A stretch of DNA of 64,000 nt. Source: Truepera sp. (GTDB lineage Bacteria > Deinococcota > Deinococci > Deinococcales > Trueperaceae). Location: contig CBDCKW010000009.1 of NCBI GenBank assembly GCA_965218435.1, forward strand, positions 3,616,001-3,680,000, given 5' to 3'. The notes below the pieces were generated by a model. The model was not told where the DNA came from and made no database searches. It saw only the letters and a program-made list of their open reading frames with translations. Below, piece after piece: positions 50,024-59,244 of the stretch (its first letter is position 1; each line of letters opens with the position of its first letter). A program made the position numbers and the translations under genes.

Positions 50024-50170
50024 GTGCTAAGTATAGCGCGTGCATAGCAGGTATGATCTGAGAACGAACGCTCTCAGTTTAGTGAGCCTAGCCAACATGA
50101 TGAGATCATACCTGCGGGATTTGAGACTAGCTTATCTGTGTGCTCCACCTGCAAGGTATGCTAAACCTCC

Positions 50171-51070
50171 ATGTCAGCTCCGTCCGGTTCCCAAACCGCC
50201 CGCCTCCTCATTTCGTGCCCCGACCGCCCTGGTATCGTCGCGGCGGTGTCACAGTTTTTATACAGCCACGGCGCTAATATCCTGGACGCGCAGCAGCACT
50301 CGGCGGACCCAACCGGCGGCGAGTTTTTGATGCGGATGGTGTTTCACCTAGAAGACCTGAAGGTAGAAAACCGGGACGTGACCCGCACACAGTTCGAGCG
50401 GGCCTTCGCCGAGGTGGTCGCGCGGCCTTTTAGAATGAACTGGCACGTCGCCTACGCCGACGAGCGCAAACGGATAGCGATTTTGGTGTCGAATACCGAC
50501 CACTGTTTGTTAGAGCTTTTATGGCGTAAACAAAGCGGCGAGTTTGAAGTTGACATCCCTTTCGTCGTGTCAAACCATGAAAACTTGTGCGGCGTTACCG
50601 AGTCGTACGGCGTGCCGTTTCACTATCTGCCGGTCGCTAAAGACCTGGACAAAAATAATAAGGCCGAGCAAGAGGCGCAAATTTTAGCGTTGCTAGAATC
50701 CGAACCTGTAGACTTTATCGTCTTAGCCCGCTACATGCAGGTTTTGTCGCCTGAGTTTGTGGCGCGTTACCCAGCCAAAATCATCAATATTCACCACTCG
50801 TTTTTGCCAGCATTCGTGGGCGCGAACCCTTACCAACAGGCGTATCGGCGCGGCGTCAAACTGATCGGCGCAACCGCGCACTACGTCACCGACGACTTAG
50901 ACGAAGGCCCGATTATCGAGCAGGACGTGGCAAGAGTTTCACACCGCGAATCCATCGAAGATTTGGTACGGGTAGGGCGGGGGCTCGAGCGCACCGTCTT
51001 GGCGCGGGCGGTCGCAGCGCAGTTAGACGACCGGGTGCTGTTGGTCGGGAATAAAACGGTGGTGTTTTGA
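50171..51070 (+). CDS. purU: Formyltetrahydrofolate deformylase
   Basis: ACT domain [52 protein letters not shown]. Confidence 0.95.
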   Translation: MSAPSGSQTARLLISCPDRPGIVAAVSQFLYSHGANILDAQQHSADPTGGEFLMRMVFHLEDLKVENRDVTRTQFERAFAEVVARPFRMNWHVAYADERKRIAILVSNTDHCLLELLWRKQSGEFEVDIPFVVSNHENLCGVTESYGVPFHYLPVAKDLDKNNKAEQEAQILALLESEPVDFIVLARYMQVLSPEFVARYPAKIINIHHSFLPAFVGANPYQQAYRRGVKLIGATAHYVTDDLDEGPIIEQDVARVSHRESIEDLVRVGRGLERTVLARAVAAQLDDRVLLVGNKTVVF

Positions 51071-51078
51071 GCTTTAAG

Positions 51079-51618
51079 ATGAGTGCAGACCATGATGAAC
51101 TCTTAGATGTAGTTGGCGCTGATGACAACGTGATCGGCCAGCAACCTCGTTCGGAAGTGTACCGGCGTGGACTGCTCTGCCGCGTCGTTAATGTGTTTCT
51201 CGAGAACACTCAAGGCCAGCTTTGGATTCCCCGACGAACTGCCCACAAAAGGACCTTTCCGCTCTGCCTCGATATGAGTATGGGCGGCCACGTCGAAAGC
51301 GGTGAGAGCTACGAAGAGGCTCTAGCACGCGAACTGTCAGAAGAGTTGAGGCTAGACGTAGAGAAAACTGACTGTGAGCTTTTGGGGTATCTGACACCAT
51401 CTGAAAGCGGCGTTTCGGCGTTTATGAAGGTCTACCGCATCAAGGCGGATGACGCGCCTGCTTATAATAAAGACGATTTTTTAGAAGCTCGGTGGCTCTT
51501 ACCTCACGAGCTGTTACGCCGACTCCGTGACGGTGAACCTGCCAAAGGAGACCTGCTGACCCTAATCGAGCGGTTTTATACGGACAAAAAGCAGTATGGT
51601 AGAGCGAAAAGCTTTTAA
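51079..51618 (+). CDS. NUDIX hydrolase (IDI/YfcD-like)
   Basis: GGHVESGESYEEALARELSEEL Nudix box. Confidence 0.85.
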   Translation: MSADHDELLDVVGADDNVIGQQPRSEVYRRGLLCRVVNVFLENTQGQLWIPRRTAHKRTFPLCLDMSMGGHVESGESYEEALARELSEELRLDVEKTDCELLGYLTPSESGVSAFMKVYRIKADDAPAYNKDDFLEARWLLPHELLRRLRDGEPAKGDLLTLIERFYTDKKQYGRAKSF

Positions 51619-51648
51619 GTTAGCTCTCGAGCCTCGAGGAGACCATCA

Positions 51649-52206
51649 ATGACCCAAACCTCTAATCAGACCTCAAGAACTCGCACCGTCACCATCGGTT
51701 CCGAAACCCGCGACTTGCCCATCGTCAGCGTCGGCCCCGTGTCGGTCGCTCTGCTGAACCTTCTGGGTGACGCGCCCCTGACCGAAGCTGCCGCTGCCGA
51801 GCTCGCGGGGCGCTTGCCCGAAGTTGACGTGCTCGTGACGCCCGAAGCCAAAGCTGTCCCGCTCGCCCACGCGCTCGCGGTGCGTACCGGCCTGCCCTAC
51901 GTGGTCGCCCGCAAAACGAAAAAACCCTATATGGTGGGTGCCGTCCGCAAAACCGTGACCTCGATTACCACCGGCAAACCGCAAGACCTCTTTTTAGACG
52001 GGACCGATTTGCCAAAGCTTAGGGGGCACCGGGTCGCCATCATTGACGATGTGGTGAGTACCGGCGGTACCCTCCGCGCCTTGTCCGAACTGCTCACTGA
52101 AGTCGGAGCCGAGGTCGTGGCGACACTTGCGGTACTGACCGAAGGCGACGAACGAGACGACGTTATTTCGCTCGGACATCTGCCGCTGTACGACAATCCG
52201 GTTTAG
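51649..52206 (+). CDS. Type I phosphoribosyltransferase (adenine PRT-like)
   Basis: [17 protein letters not shown]-binding loop, VVARK. Confidence 0.85.
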   Translation: MTQTSNQTSRTRTVTIGSETRDLPIVSVGPVSVALLNLLGDAPLTEAAAAELAGRLPEVDVLVTPEAKAVPLAHALAVRTGLPYVVARKTKKPYMVGAVRKTVTSITTGKPQDLFLDGTDLPKLRGHRVAIIDDVVSTGGTLRALSELLTEVGAEVVATLAVLTEGDERDDVISLGHLPLYDNPV

Positions 52207-52560
52207 ACCCGGACTTTTAGACTTTTGCTGTCGCTTGGGAAACAAAGTTAAGAATACGGAATAAAGGAAGAAGGCAGAATTAAGGATGCTCCAATCTTTT
52301 TAAGGTCGCTCCTTCTTGTCTACTCAACAACCCCTTTGCACAACTTCGCTTAAGTCTTCAGCTTGACACCTCAAAGTTTACGTGAGAGACGCTTTTTAGG
52401 CTATAACTCTCATATTTTTTGCGTTCCTGACGGAATTTCTGGTGATGGCTCGAGCCCACTTCAACGGGGCTGATGTGCTACGATAGCCTACTACCCCGCG
52501 CCGCTATCTCTGCTGCGCCTTTTTCCCAGTTGTCCGTTTCCCTACTAGCCTGGAGTCCGT

Positions 52561-54393
52561 GTGCCGAGCGACGCCAAAGAACGTATCCGCGAACGCCTAG
52601 ACATCGCCGAGGTCGTCGGTGAAGTTGTGGCGCTTAAACCGGCGGGTAAGGGGCGACTCAAGGGCTTGTGCCCGTTTCACGGCGAGAAAACGCCGTCGTT
52701 TCACGTGTTGCAAGATCGGGGCTTTTTTTACTGCTTCGGGTGTCAGGCCAAGGGTGACATCTTCGACTTCGTGATGCGCACCCAAGGCGTCGAGTTCGGT
52801 GAAGCCTTGCAGGTGTTGGGGCAACAAGCAGGCGTCGAGGTCACACCGAGCACCCCCAAAGACCTGCACAAGCGCGATTTATACGAGGTTAACAAGCTCG
52901 CTTTGGAGTTTTTTAGATCGCACCTACCGGGGACGGCTGAGAACTATCTGTTGGGGCGTCATCTGACTCCCGAAAGCCTCGAGGCGTTTGATTTGGGTTT
53001 TGCCCCCGATAGCTGGGACGAACTCCTTAAATACGCGCTCACTAAAGGCGTCAAAGATACTGAGCTTTTACGGGCCGGTTTACTTGCCGAGTCCGAAGCG
53101 GGGCGGCGTTACGACCGTTTTAGGGGCCGGGTGATGTTTCCCATCAAAGACTCCTTAGGCCGCGTGGTCGGGTTTTCGGGCCGTGTGTTAGACGACAGCC
53201 TGCCCAAGTACGTCAACACGCCTGAAACCGACGTGTTCCGTAAGGGCGAACTGCTCTACGGCCTCGATACGGCCAAACACACGATTCGCTCAACCGGCGA
53301 ATGTTTGGTCGTTGAAGGTTACATGGACGTCATTGCGCTCCACCAGACGGGGTTTAGCAACGCGGTTGCGGCGCTAGGCGCAACCCTGACGGCAGAACAA
53401 GCCGTCCAGCTCTCACGGTTAGAAGTGCAAAAACTCTACCTCGCCTTTGACGCGGACGAAGCGGGGCAGCGGGCGGTCTTGTCGGGCCTCGAGCAGTCCG
53501 TGGGCCGTCAGTTCCTAGTTAAAGCGGTGCGCGTGCCGCACGGTAAAGACCCGGCAGACGCGGTGCTGGGTGGCTACATCGAGGCGTTTCAGCAGGCGTT
53601 GGGCGCAGGACTTTCCGAAGTGACGTTTCGCTTTCGCAGCGTCCTAGCCAAGCACGACGCGGGGAGTCTCGAGGGCAAAAAGAACATCTTGCAGGAGCTG
53701 TTACCCGCGCTCCGGCCCCGAGACGTCTTTGACCCGGTAGCCAGCGAGATGCGCCGTCTGGTCATTGATGAGCTGAAAATTGAAGGGCCGCGCCTCGACG
53801 AGTGGGTGAGTTCTAAAACCAAACGGGCGCTTAACACCACGCAGCTTCGGGGGATGCAGCGGCAAGGAACGGGCGGCTCACAGGTGGCGGTCATTGAACT
53901 CGAGCTGATAGCGCTGCTGCTTTTGGAACCGTATAGGCTCGAGGAACGTCTCTTGACCGTTTCGGCAGCCCTCCCCAGTGAGGGCAACGACTCACTCCTC
54001 CGCGAATTTACCGACATCTGCCACGCCTGCGCCTTTGACGACCGTGCGATTTTGAGCCGTTACCAGGGGCGCGACGAGGGCCGCGTATTGTTCGAGCGTT
54101 TACTCACGCAGCAGCAGACCGAAGAACACCACATTGACATTGACGCGCACCTAAATAAATCCCTCTCACGTCTCCGCGAGCTCTATTTGAGCGGTGAAAA
54201 AGAAGGGCAGCGCAAACGGCTGTTAGAGCGGATGCACGAGGTCTCGTCGTTTCTGACCGATCCGAACTTGCCGACGGATAAATTGCAGCACTACTACGCT
54301 GAGCTCAAAGAGATCAACGCGATGCTCGCCGCCCGCGACGCCGAACGCCGGACGCGCGTCCCGGCAGGCTACGCCAACCGCAAACGCCGCTAA
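52561..54393 (+). CDS. dnaG: DNA primase
   Basis: CHC2 zinc finger CPFHGEKTPSF...CFGC, DRFRGRVMFPI, KYVNTPET, VEGYMDV, FDADEAG. Confidence 0.97.
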   Translation: MPSDAKERIRERLDIAEVVGEVVALKPAGKGRLKGLCPFHGEKTPSFHVLQDRGFFYCFGCQAKGDIFDFVMRTQGVEFGEALQVLGQQAGVEVTPSTPKDLHKRDLYEVNKLALEFFRSHLPGTAENYLLGRHLTPESLEAFDLGFAPDSWDELLKYALTKGVKDTELLRAGLLAESEAGRRYDRFRGRVMFPIKDSLGRVVGFSGRVLDDSLPKYVNTPETDVFRKGELLYGLDTAKHTIRSTGECLVVEGYMDVIALHQTGFSNAVAALGATLTAEQAVQLSRLEVQKLYLAFDADEAGQRAVLSGLEQSVGRQFLVKAVRVPHGKDPADAVLGGYIEAFQQALGAGLSEVTFRFRSVLAKHDAGSLEGKKNILQELLPALRPRDVFDPVASEMRRLVIDELKIEGPRLDEWVSSKTKRALNTTQLRGMQRQGTGGSQVAVIELELIALLLLEPYRLEERLLTVSAALPSEGNDSLLREFTDICHACAFDDRAILSRYQGRDEGRVLFERLLTQQQTEEHHIDIDAHLNKSLSRLRELYLSGEKEGQRKRLLERMHEVSSFLTDPNLPTDKLQHYYAELKEINAMLAARDAERRTRVPAGYANRKRR

Positions 54394-54425
54394 CCTCTGT
54401 CTGGTAAAACGTCTACACTGTCCGT

Positions 54426-55001
54426 ATGACTGCGCTCAAGCTTTTAGATACCGTCAGCGTTAAAGACTACCTCGAGGGCGAAAAAGACTCGCCGACCAAA
54501 CACGAATATGTCCATGGACGGGTCTTTGCACTGGCTGGAACAAGCGACGTTCATAACCGCATCAGCATCAACTTACTCGTTGCTTTGGACGCGGCGAGTA
54601 CAAAACAAGGCTGTCAACTTTTTGCTGCCGACCTTAAACTAAGTATTTTCGGTGAACGCTACTATTACCCCGATTTAATGGTGACCTGTGAGCCTGAAGC
54701 TGATCCCTATATCAAAGAAAAACCCTGCCTTATCATCGAGATATTATCCCGCTCCACCGCGAACACCGACCGCCGCGAAAAAGTAGACGCTTATCTGAGC
54801 TTGCCCTCGTTGCAGTCTTACGTTCTAATAGATTCTCAGATGAAACGAGTTGAGGCTTTCCTTCGGACACCTGAAGGCTGGCGAGAAGAGAGTTGGCAGG
54901 GAAGCGGTGAGGTGCCGTTCTCATGTTTGGACACGGCGCTCGGCTTTAACGCCGTCTACCGGGGTTTAGAGCTACCGGATTACCTCGAGCCTTTAGGTTA
55001 G
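54426..55001 (+). CDS. Uma2-family endonuclease-fold protein
   Basis: KHEYVHG, YYYPDLMVTC, IIEILSRST...DRREK..AY. Confidence 0.88.
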   Translation: MTALKLLDTVSVKDYLEGEKDSPTKHEYVHGRVFALAGTSDVHNRISINLLVALDAASTKQGCQLFAADLKLSIFGERYYYPDLMVTCEPEADPYIKEKPCLIIEILSRSTANTDRREKVDAYLSLPSLQSYVLIDSQMKRVEAFLRTPEGWREESWQGSGEVPFSCLDTALGFNAVYRGLELPDYLEPLG

Positions 55002-55092
55002 ACTACCAAAAAGCAGCGTAAAACCTAGCAGGCGGCGTAAAAGTTACGTTAGCCTCTGAGCTATACGCACCTGCATATCTACGGAGGCTGAA

Positions 55093-56295
55093 ATGAAAAT
55101 TACGATCCTGACCAACGAGTACCCGCCGCACATCTACGGCGGGGCGGGCGTCCACGTTGAATACTTAACCAAAGAGCTGGTCAAGCTTAACCCCGGTGAG
55201 ATTGACGTGTTGGCGTTTGGTGATCAGGATATTCACAACGGGTCTTTGAGTGTTGAGGGCGTTGAAGCGAAGACGGAACTTGGAGCACAAGACCCGCGTC
55301 ACGCGAAAGTTTTAGATACCTTGCAACGCGACCTCATCATGGCGGGTAAAGCGAAGGGGGGCGATATCGTACATTGCCACACCTGGTACACGCATTTTGC
55401 GGGCTGCTTGGTGCAGCAGCTGCAAGGGGCCAAACTCGTGTTGACGACGCACTCGTTAGAACCGCATCGCCCCTGGAAAGTCGAACAGCTCGGCAGCGCG
55501 TATCAGGTGAGCAGTTGGCTCGAGCGCACCGCCTTCCAAAATGCCGATGGGGTAATTGCGGTTTCGGAGTCTATGAAACGCGACGTGCACGAACTTTACG
55601 ACGTCCCGGAAACGAAAATCTCGGTGATCCCCAACGGCATTGACTTGGACGAATACAAACCGACCTTTGACGCGTCGGTCCTCGAGAAGTACGGCGTTGA
55701 CGCGTCACGACCGTTTGTGCTTTTTGTCGGCCGGATTACCCGGCAAAAAGGGATTTTGCACCTCGTCAACGCGCTGAAATACCTGCCTAAAGATACGCAG
55801 GTGGTGCTCTGTGCAGGTGCGCCCGATACCCCTGAGATCGGTGAGGAGATGAAAGGCCGGGTGCAAGCGGCGCACGACGCCGGGGCCGAGCAGGTGATCT
55901 GGATTGATGAGACAGTCGGGCGTGAAGACCTGATCAAGCTCTACTCGCACGCGGCGCTCTTTGTCTGCCCGTCGGTCTATGAACCGTTTGGGATTATCAA
56001 CTTAGAGGCGATGGCGTGTGAGACGCCGGTGGTGGCTTCAGCGGTCGGGGGCATTCCTGAAATCGTCGTCCCCGGTGAAACGGGGACACTCGTCCCACTC
56101 GAGGCTGGCGACGACTTTGAACCCACAGACCCGGACAAATTTGCACACGACTTAGCTGACGCCATTACCGAACTTTTAGACAATCCGGCAGAGCTAAAAA
56201 GGATGGGCAAGGCGTCCAGAAAACGGGTTGAGGAGAAATTCAGTTGGGGGGCGGTAGCAGAGGAGACGCTGGCGTTTTATCGGTCGCTGCTTTAG
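55093..56295 (+). CDS. glgM: GT4 glycosyltransferase, GlgM-type (actinobacterial 'glgA'; alpha-maltose-1-phosphate synthase-like)
   Basis: LTNEYPPHIYGGAGVHV, HCHTWY, HSLEP.RPWK.EQLG, FVGRITRQKG, YEPFGIINLEAMAC. Confidence 0.8.
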   Translation: MKITILTNEYPPHIYGGAGVHVEYLTKELVKLNPGEIDVLAFGDQDIHNGSLSVEGVEAKTELGAQDPRHAKVLDTLQRDLIMAGKAKGGDIVHCHTWYTHFAGCLVQQLQGAKLVLTTHSLEPHRPWKVEQLGSAYQVSSWLERTAFQNADGVIAVSESMKRDVHELYDVPETKISVIPNGIDLDEYKPTFDASVLEKYGVDASRPFVLFVGRITRQKGILHLVNALKYLPKDTQVVLCAGAPDTPEIGEEMKGRVQAAHDAGAEQVIWIDETVGREDLIKLYSHAALFVCPSVYEPFGIINLEAMACETPVVASAVGGIPEIVVPGETGTLVPLEAGDDFEPTDPDKFAHDLADAITELLDNPAELKRMGKASRKRVEEKFSWGAVAEETLAFYRSLL

Positions 56296-57934
56296 CGGTT
56301 GCTCGAGCTTTGCCCCGGTAATAACGTCTGTCACGGAGCAGCTGGGCTGACTGTCGTAAAACGGTGCAGTCGGCTTGGCTCAGACCTAAGTGGTCTTGCA
56401 AAAGTGCCCGGTCAGCTAAAGTCTGAGCCTCGTCCATTTTTTCCTGCCGTAAAAGTGCGTCCAGCTTGGTTTCAAGCTCTCCAAACTCACCCTCCGGCGT
56501 CGCCATCAGTACCCGCCGCGCTTCGCCGGGCTCGAGCTTGAGCATTCCGCCGCCCAAGGCGTGACCCTCTAACTCAACACTCAAACTTGTCAGTGAAGTC
56601 TGCCAAAACGCTGCTAGAGTCCTCGCCGAAAAGCTCATATCAGGCCGAAAACGGACGACGTGCAGGGTATTGGGTGCAACCGCCTCGGCGTCGTTGGCGA
56701 CAAGCTGCGGTCTCAGGCCACTCATATAGGTGAGCAAAGCGTCCGGTGTATAGACGTGTGGCACGCGGTACCAAGGGGTACGGACGCGGCATTTATACGC
56801 TCCTAAGACGCCTGCGTCTTCGCCTCGTTCCAGATAGCTTTTGAGTTCTGCGCTGAGTTCAGCATCTGTGATATTGAGGAGATAACCTGCGTTTTTGATG
56901 CTTACAGCACCGTTCCAATCAGCTTCGGTAAAGCTCAGGCCCGACAGCGCCGCACTACGAAAGACTGCGCGTTTGAGGTATCTGTCAGCTAATCCTAACT
57001 CGGCAGTTTGCTCCGGCCTCAGGTGAAAAAAACTGTTGGCTCCGGTGACGTAGCCAATCCCAACGTCGGCTAAAGTGCCAAGGCTCGAGACCTGCGGACG
57101 CGCTGACAACTGAGCATATAGTGCTTTAGCTTCAGGCGGCAAAAGCTGTGTGATGAGTTTTTCCTGTCCTTGTCTAAACGGTTCAAGAGGCAACTTAGTG
57201 ACATCTTTAAGAACAACGTCTACAGACTGAGCCAGTGCTTCGCCCTTATCCAAATCGCGCCAGAAAAGGCCCTCAGAGGCTCTGTTTTTGTTTTCAGCCA
57301 ACACCAGCAGCGTATCTTGGCTGAGGTCGGGAAAAAGCCGCTCCTTAAACGTCAGCAAGGTAACGCGCCCAAACGTTTGGGCGAGATAATTCAGAACGGG
57401 TTGCGCGTAAGCGGCGTGTCCCAGCTCTGCTGGAACGACCATACCGAGCCGCCCACCCGGTTTAAGAAACGCTGCACTATGGATGAGGAACGCCGCCCAC
57501 GAACTCGAGAGCTTGGTCAGCGTCACACCCTGCGCTTTAGCTCTCAAAGAGGCAAGTTCACCGCTAAAACTCTGGTAACGGATAAAAGGCGGATTGCCGA
57601 CGACGGCGTCTAATTTAGGCAGGGAAGTAGACTCTAACGCGAAAAAGTCCGCTTGTATCAGATGCTCCGGTGAGACGTTGGTTAGCTCTTGAGAGACTCG
57701 AGCATAAACCTCTTCGTCTAGCTCGACCCCGTAGACCTGCTGTTCACTCGTCCCACTCAGCTTGTCAATACGCGCCGCTGCCGCCTCTAAAAAGACGCCA
57801 CCGCCAAAACTCGGGTCCATCACCTTGTCGTTTGGACTGCGCACCGCCCACCGCACCAAAAACTCGGCGACAACCGTGCCCGTATAAAACGCGCCGAACG
57901 CTTTAGCTCGCCCTAAATCCATTTGCGGCCTCAC
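56240..57934 (-). CDS. Orphan N6-adenine DNA methyltransferase, gamma class (MamA/Rv3263-like)
   Basis: GAFYT, motif I DPSFGGGVFL, motif IV GNPPF, PGGRLGMVVPAEL, G.VTGANSFF, YKCRVR.PW, GGGMLKLEP.EA; no adjacent restriction endonuclease. Confidence 0.85.
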   Translation of the reverse strand: MRPQMDLGRAKAFGAFYTGTVVAEFLVRWAVRSPNDKVMDPSFGGGVFLEAAAARIDKLSGTSEQQVYGVELDEEVYARVSQELTNVSPEHLIQADFFALESTSLPKLDAVVGNPPFIRYQSFSGELASLRAKAQGVTLTKLSSSWAAFLIHSAAFLKPGGRLGMVVPAELGHAAYAQPVLNYLAQTFGRVTLLTFKERLFPDLSQDTLLVLAENKNRASEGLFWRDLDKGEALAQSVDVVLKDVTKLPLEPFRQGQEKLITQLLPPEAKALYAQLSARPQVSSLGTLADVGIGYVTGANSFFHLRPEQTAELGLADRYLKRAVFRSAALSGLSFTEADWNGAVSIKNAGYLLNITDAELSAELKSYLERGEDAGVLGAYKCRVRTPWYRVPHVYTPDALLTYMSGLRPQLVANDAEAVAPNTLHVVRFRPDMSFSARTLAAFWQTSLTSLSVELEGHALGGGMLKLEPGEARRVLMATPEGEFGELETKLDALLRQEKMDEAQTLADRALLQDHLGLSQADCTVLRQSAQLLRDRRYYRGKARATAKAATDKTPASPLLPPPN

Positions 57935-58590
57935 ACGCCCAAAATAACCCGCATCAGCCCAATCGTAACCCAGTTGATGAGGCCGTACACCTGCCGCTGA
58001 AAGAGGAGCAAAACCCCAAGGATCAGCAAAAATCCGTAACGCTCGAGGCCCCGCATCAGACGCTGCAACCTGCTGGGTAAAAACGCCTGTAAGATTTTGG
58101 ACCCGTCTAAAGGCGGAACCGGTAACAGGTTAAAAACGGCCAGCAAGATGTTGATCTGCGCGGCGACAAAAAGCCCGTAACGCAGCGAGTTGCCGCCACC
58201 GGGCGCACCCGGAAAGATGTCCCGGAGGTTGCTTAAGGTCGTGCCGAGCGCGGCCAACACGACCAGCGCAACGACGGCGATACTCAGATTGACCAAAATC
58301 CCGGCGATGGCCACCCAAAACATCCCGACGCGGTAGTGGCGAAAGTTGCCGGGTCGAATCGGCACGGGTTTGGCCCAACCGAAGCCGACGGTTAGGAGCA
58401 GCAAGGTTCCGATAGGGTCTAAGTGCTTGACGGGGTTAAGCGTGACGCGGCCCAAGTTGCGGGCGGTCTTGTCGCCCATGCGGTCGGCAACCCAAGCGTG
58501 CCCGAGTTCGTGGAGTGCCAGACTGTAGAGCAAGACCACTGCGACAATCGCAAAGGTGAGGGGCGCAGTTTGTAGAAGTTGTAAAAGCAC
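57931..58590 (-). CDS. Site-2 protease (M50 family), intact
   Basis: HELGH, GRVTLNP..HLDP.G, FGWAKPVP, FNLLPVPPLDG. Confidence 0.92.
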   Translation of the reverse strand: MLLQLLQTAPLTFAIVAVVLLYSLALHELGHAWVADRMGDKTARNLGRVTLNPVKHLDPIGTLLLLTVGFGWAKPVPIRPGNFRHYRVGMFWVAIAGILVNLSIAVVALVVLAALGTTLSNLRDIFPGAPGGGNSLRYGLFVAAQINILLAVFNLLPVPPLDGSKILQAFLPSRLQRLMRGLERYGFLLILGVLLLFQRQVYGLINWVTIGLMRVILGV

Positions 58591-59232
58591 CTAAAGGCCG
58601 GGGATCAGCTGAATAATCGCGCGGATAATCCCTAAAAAAAGGCTTTGCAACGCGCCGGTTACGCCCAAATAGCTCAGGGCAAAAAAGAATACGATAAAAC
58701 CCAACACGCCAAACGAGGCGATCTGCTGGACAAAACGGCGGAGACTCGGATTTCCCCAGGCGAGCGCACCCTTGGCTCCGTCGAGCGGAAACACCGGGAA
58801 GAGGTTGATGACTGCGTGCAACACGGCGACCGACGCGGCCAAAAAAAACGACCTCGCCAAAATCGGGCTGTTGACCGAAGCGAAAATTGCGCCTACCAAC
58901 GTAGAGACGAAGGCGACGATCAGATACGCGAGGGGGCCGCTGTACCACACCAGCGCCTCTTGCTGCCCGCGACCACGGTAGTTGCGGCTGTTGACCGGAA
59001 TAGACTGCGGCCAACCGAACCCGAGCAAAAAGAGAAACAAGACGCCGGTGGGCTCGAGCTGCCGCTGCAAATCAAACTTCATATAGCCGGCAAACCTCGG
59101 GTTGGCGTCGCCGTAACGCGAGGCGACGTACGCCTGGAAGACATTGTGAAAGACGAGCGCGACGATCATCACCAGCCCCACGATAATCAGGTCGGTCGTA
59201 TTATAAAAACCTTGAATATAACTAACAATCAT
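58591..59232 (-). CDS. Site-2 protease paralog with degenerate HExxH (HNVFQ)
   Basis: Retains GFGWP..IPVN, SGP and NLFPVFPLDG, but HExxH is replaced by HNVFQ. Confidence 0.75.
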   Translation of the reverse strand: MIVSYIQGFYNTTDLIIVGLVMIVALVFHNVFQAYVASRYGDANPRFAGYMKFDLQRQLEPTGVLFLFLLGFGWPQSIPVNSRNYRGRGQQEALVWYSGPLAYLIVAFVSTLVGAIFASVNSPILARSFFLAASVAVLHAVINLFPVFPLDGAKGALAWGNPSLRRFVQQIASFGVLGFIVFFFALSYLGVTGALQSLFLGIIRAIIQLIPGL

Positions 59233-59244
59233 GCTTGCTCCCGC

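Noticed and set aside
54426..55001. Uma2 protein as the restriction partner of the methyltransferase
   Set aside because: Opposite strand, separated by glgM; Uma2 genes are typically scattered multi-copy and not established restriction-modification partners
56240..56295. Convergent overlaps glgM/methyltransferase (56 bp) and PHP/ATPase (47 bp) as regulatory antisense
   Set aside because: Short tail-to-tail overlaps are common in compact GC-rich genomes; no further evidence
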